DNA from: an uncultured Armatimonadetes bacterium
GTDB taxonomy: Bacteria; Armatimonadota; Hebobacteria; Hebobacterales; Hebobacteraceae
Assembly: GCA_963716175.1 (NCBI GenBank)
Contig: OY970296.1
Location: 800,001-864,000, forward strand
DNA: 64,000 nucleotides
Direction: 5' to 3'
Of this stretch, positions 62,819-64,000 are shown in pieces (position 1 is the first letter of the stretch; each line of letters begins with the position of its first letter). Both the position numbers and the translations under genes were made by a program. The notes under the pieces were generated by a model. The model worked only from the letters and a program-made list of their open reading frames with translations. It ran no database searches and was not told the origin of the DNA.

Positions 62819-63646
62819 TCAACCGCGCCGGAAGCGGCGCGTCATCTCGGCCCGACTGATTCCTCGCAGTTGCAGTCCCATCACCAGCGCCCCGGCGCAG
62901 ATGAGCGCTGCCGCCAGTCCGATTCTGCCTGAACTCCTAAGCGCCGGCGGCCTGGCGGGGCTCGAAATCCCGGCACTGGGCGCGGGCAGCAGCCCGGGCT
63001 CTCTCCGCAGCCGCGCCAACACCCGTTCGCGGCGTTCCCAACTATCGGTCAGCAGGAGGTAGCGGGCGCTAGCTATCGCTCCTGGAGAGTGGAATGCCTC
63101 CCGGGAGGCTGGCGCGTCCTCGATCAGGAGAGAGCTATCGAAGATCGGCCCCAAGCGCCGCAGCAGCGCCACCACCTGCACACTGACGCCATCTAGCCTC
63201 AGCAGCCCCAACCCGGCCCCAGTGGCCCCTCCTGCCGCCGCCCTGGGGAGGACGGTCCCTCGGTGATTGCTTCTTGTCTCCGCCTCTCGGGACACCCGGC
63301 CCAGCTCCTCATCCGCGGAGGTGAGCAGTGTGGAGAGATGAGGGACTAGGAGCGCACGCACGGCCTGGCCTCGCTGGCCGGTGCTTGTCGCTGGCCCTCC
63401 CTCCCTGGGGGGGAGAGTGATTGCCACCGCTGCTACTGCCCCGAGGGCCTTCAGTCCCTGGGACATCCCGCTGTGGGAGAGCGGGCGCGGGTCGGCGATC
63501 TCGATGGCGTACTGGAGGCGGCCGCCATCGCGCGGCAGCAGGCCCCACCCCAGCGCCCCCACTGTCACCCCAGCCACCACCAGGAGCAGACCCAGCATGT
63601 GGTCAGTTCGCGATCCTGGCCGCCCCGTCCCGTGGCCTGCTCTCAT
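62819..63646 (-). CDS. Hypothetical membrane protein
   Basis: N- and C-terminal TM helices; ATGA overlap. Confidence 0.55.
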   Translation of the reverse strand: MRAGHGTGRPGSRTDHMLGLLLVVAGVTVGALGWGLLPRDGGRLQYAIEIADPRPLSHSGMSQGLKALGAVAAVAITLPPREGGPATSTGQRGQAVRALLVPHLSTLLTSADEELGRVSREAETRSNHRGTVLPRAAAGGATGAGLGLLRLDGVSVQVVALLRRLGPIFDSSLLIEDAPASREAFHSPGAIASARYLLLTDSWERRERVLARLRREPGLLPAPSAGISSPARPPALRSSGRIGLAAALICAGALVMGLQLRGISRAEMTRRFRRG

Positions 63647-63999
63647 TCACCCACCTGCATCCTCGAGCCGGGCTGGCCGCTGGGAACGGTGACTCCGGCC
63701 GCCTGAGCCTCGGCGGCAGCCTGTTGCACCATCAACTGGGTCGAAGGATAGCGCGTGTCCGATCGGTTCCATCTGCTGAAGGCCTCGAGCATCTTCCTCA
63801 GGCTAACCTGCGCTTCCCTACTCTGTTTCCTCTTAAGGTCGATCCGGAGCAGGCTCGCCAGGGCCGCCACATTCGTGGGCTGGTCCCGGAGCGCGCGCTC
63901 CAGCAACCGCTGCGGCTCCTCCAAAGGCCACCTATGCTCCAGCGCCAGGTTGCCCAGACGGGCTGCCGCGGTGGCGAAATCCGGCGCCAGCTTCAGCGC
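63643..63999 (-). CDS. TPR protein, 5' end outside the window
   Basis: ALKLAPDFATAAARLGNLA...ALRDQPTNVAALASL. Confidence 0.6.
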   Translation of the reverse strand, partial: ALKLAPDFATAAARLGNLALEHRWPLEEPQRLLERALRDQPTNVAALASLLRIDLKRKQSREAQVSLRKMLEAFSRWNRSDTRYPSTQLMVQQAAAEAQAAGVTVPSGQPGSRMQVGE

Positions 64000-64000
64000 A

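Overview
GC-rich bacterial DNA. The SLH protein style and Bacillota-like gene order suggest Armatimonadota or a related Terrabacteria lineage (inference). Positions 1-~29.3 kb form an integrative island that ends at tRNA-fMet. It carries a large serine recombinase whose C-terminus is read antisense through the tRNA, an ECF-like sigma factor with two candidate cognate promoters, an AEP primase-helicase followed by 9-bp iteron-like repeats, a late-like operon (Zn finger, paralog pair, ParB-methylase, TerS-like) without capsid genes, a tyrosine recombinase, an SLH beta-propeller cargo gene and a restriction-modification/HNH cluster. An IS110 element inside the island can be resolved to the base: 5-bp CTCCT ends, a perfect TTGACA-N17-TATAAT promoter that forms only on circularisation, and a candidate bridge RNA whose two loops match the target and donor sites. 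Positions 29.4-64 kb are mostly core genes (htrA, holB, darA, tmk, udk, dut, alr, two-component system, queA, hpf, ispDF, radA, clpC, ilvE, tRNA-Ser) with GTAG-type REP palindromes. Four single-base frameshifts are probably assembly indels. All family calls come from motif recognition by eye; no database search was run.
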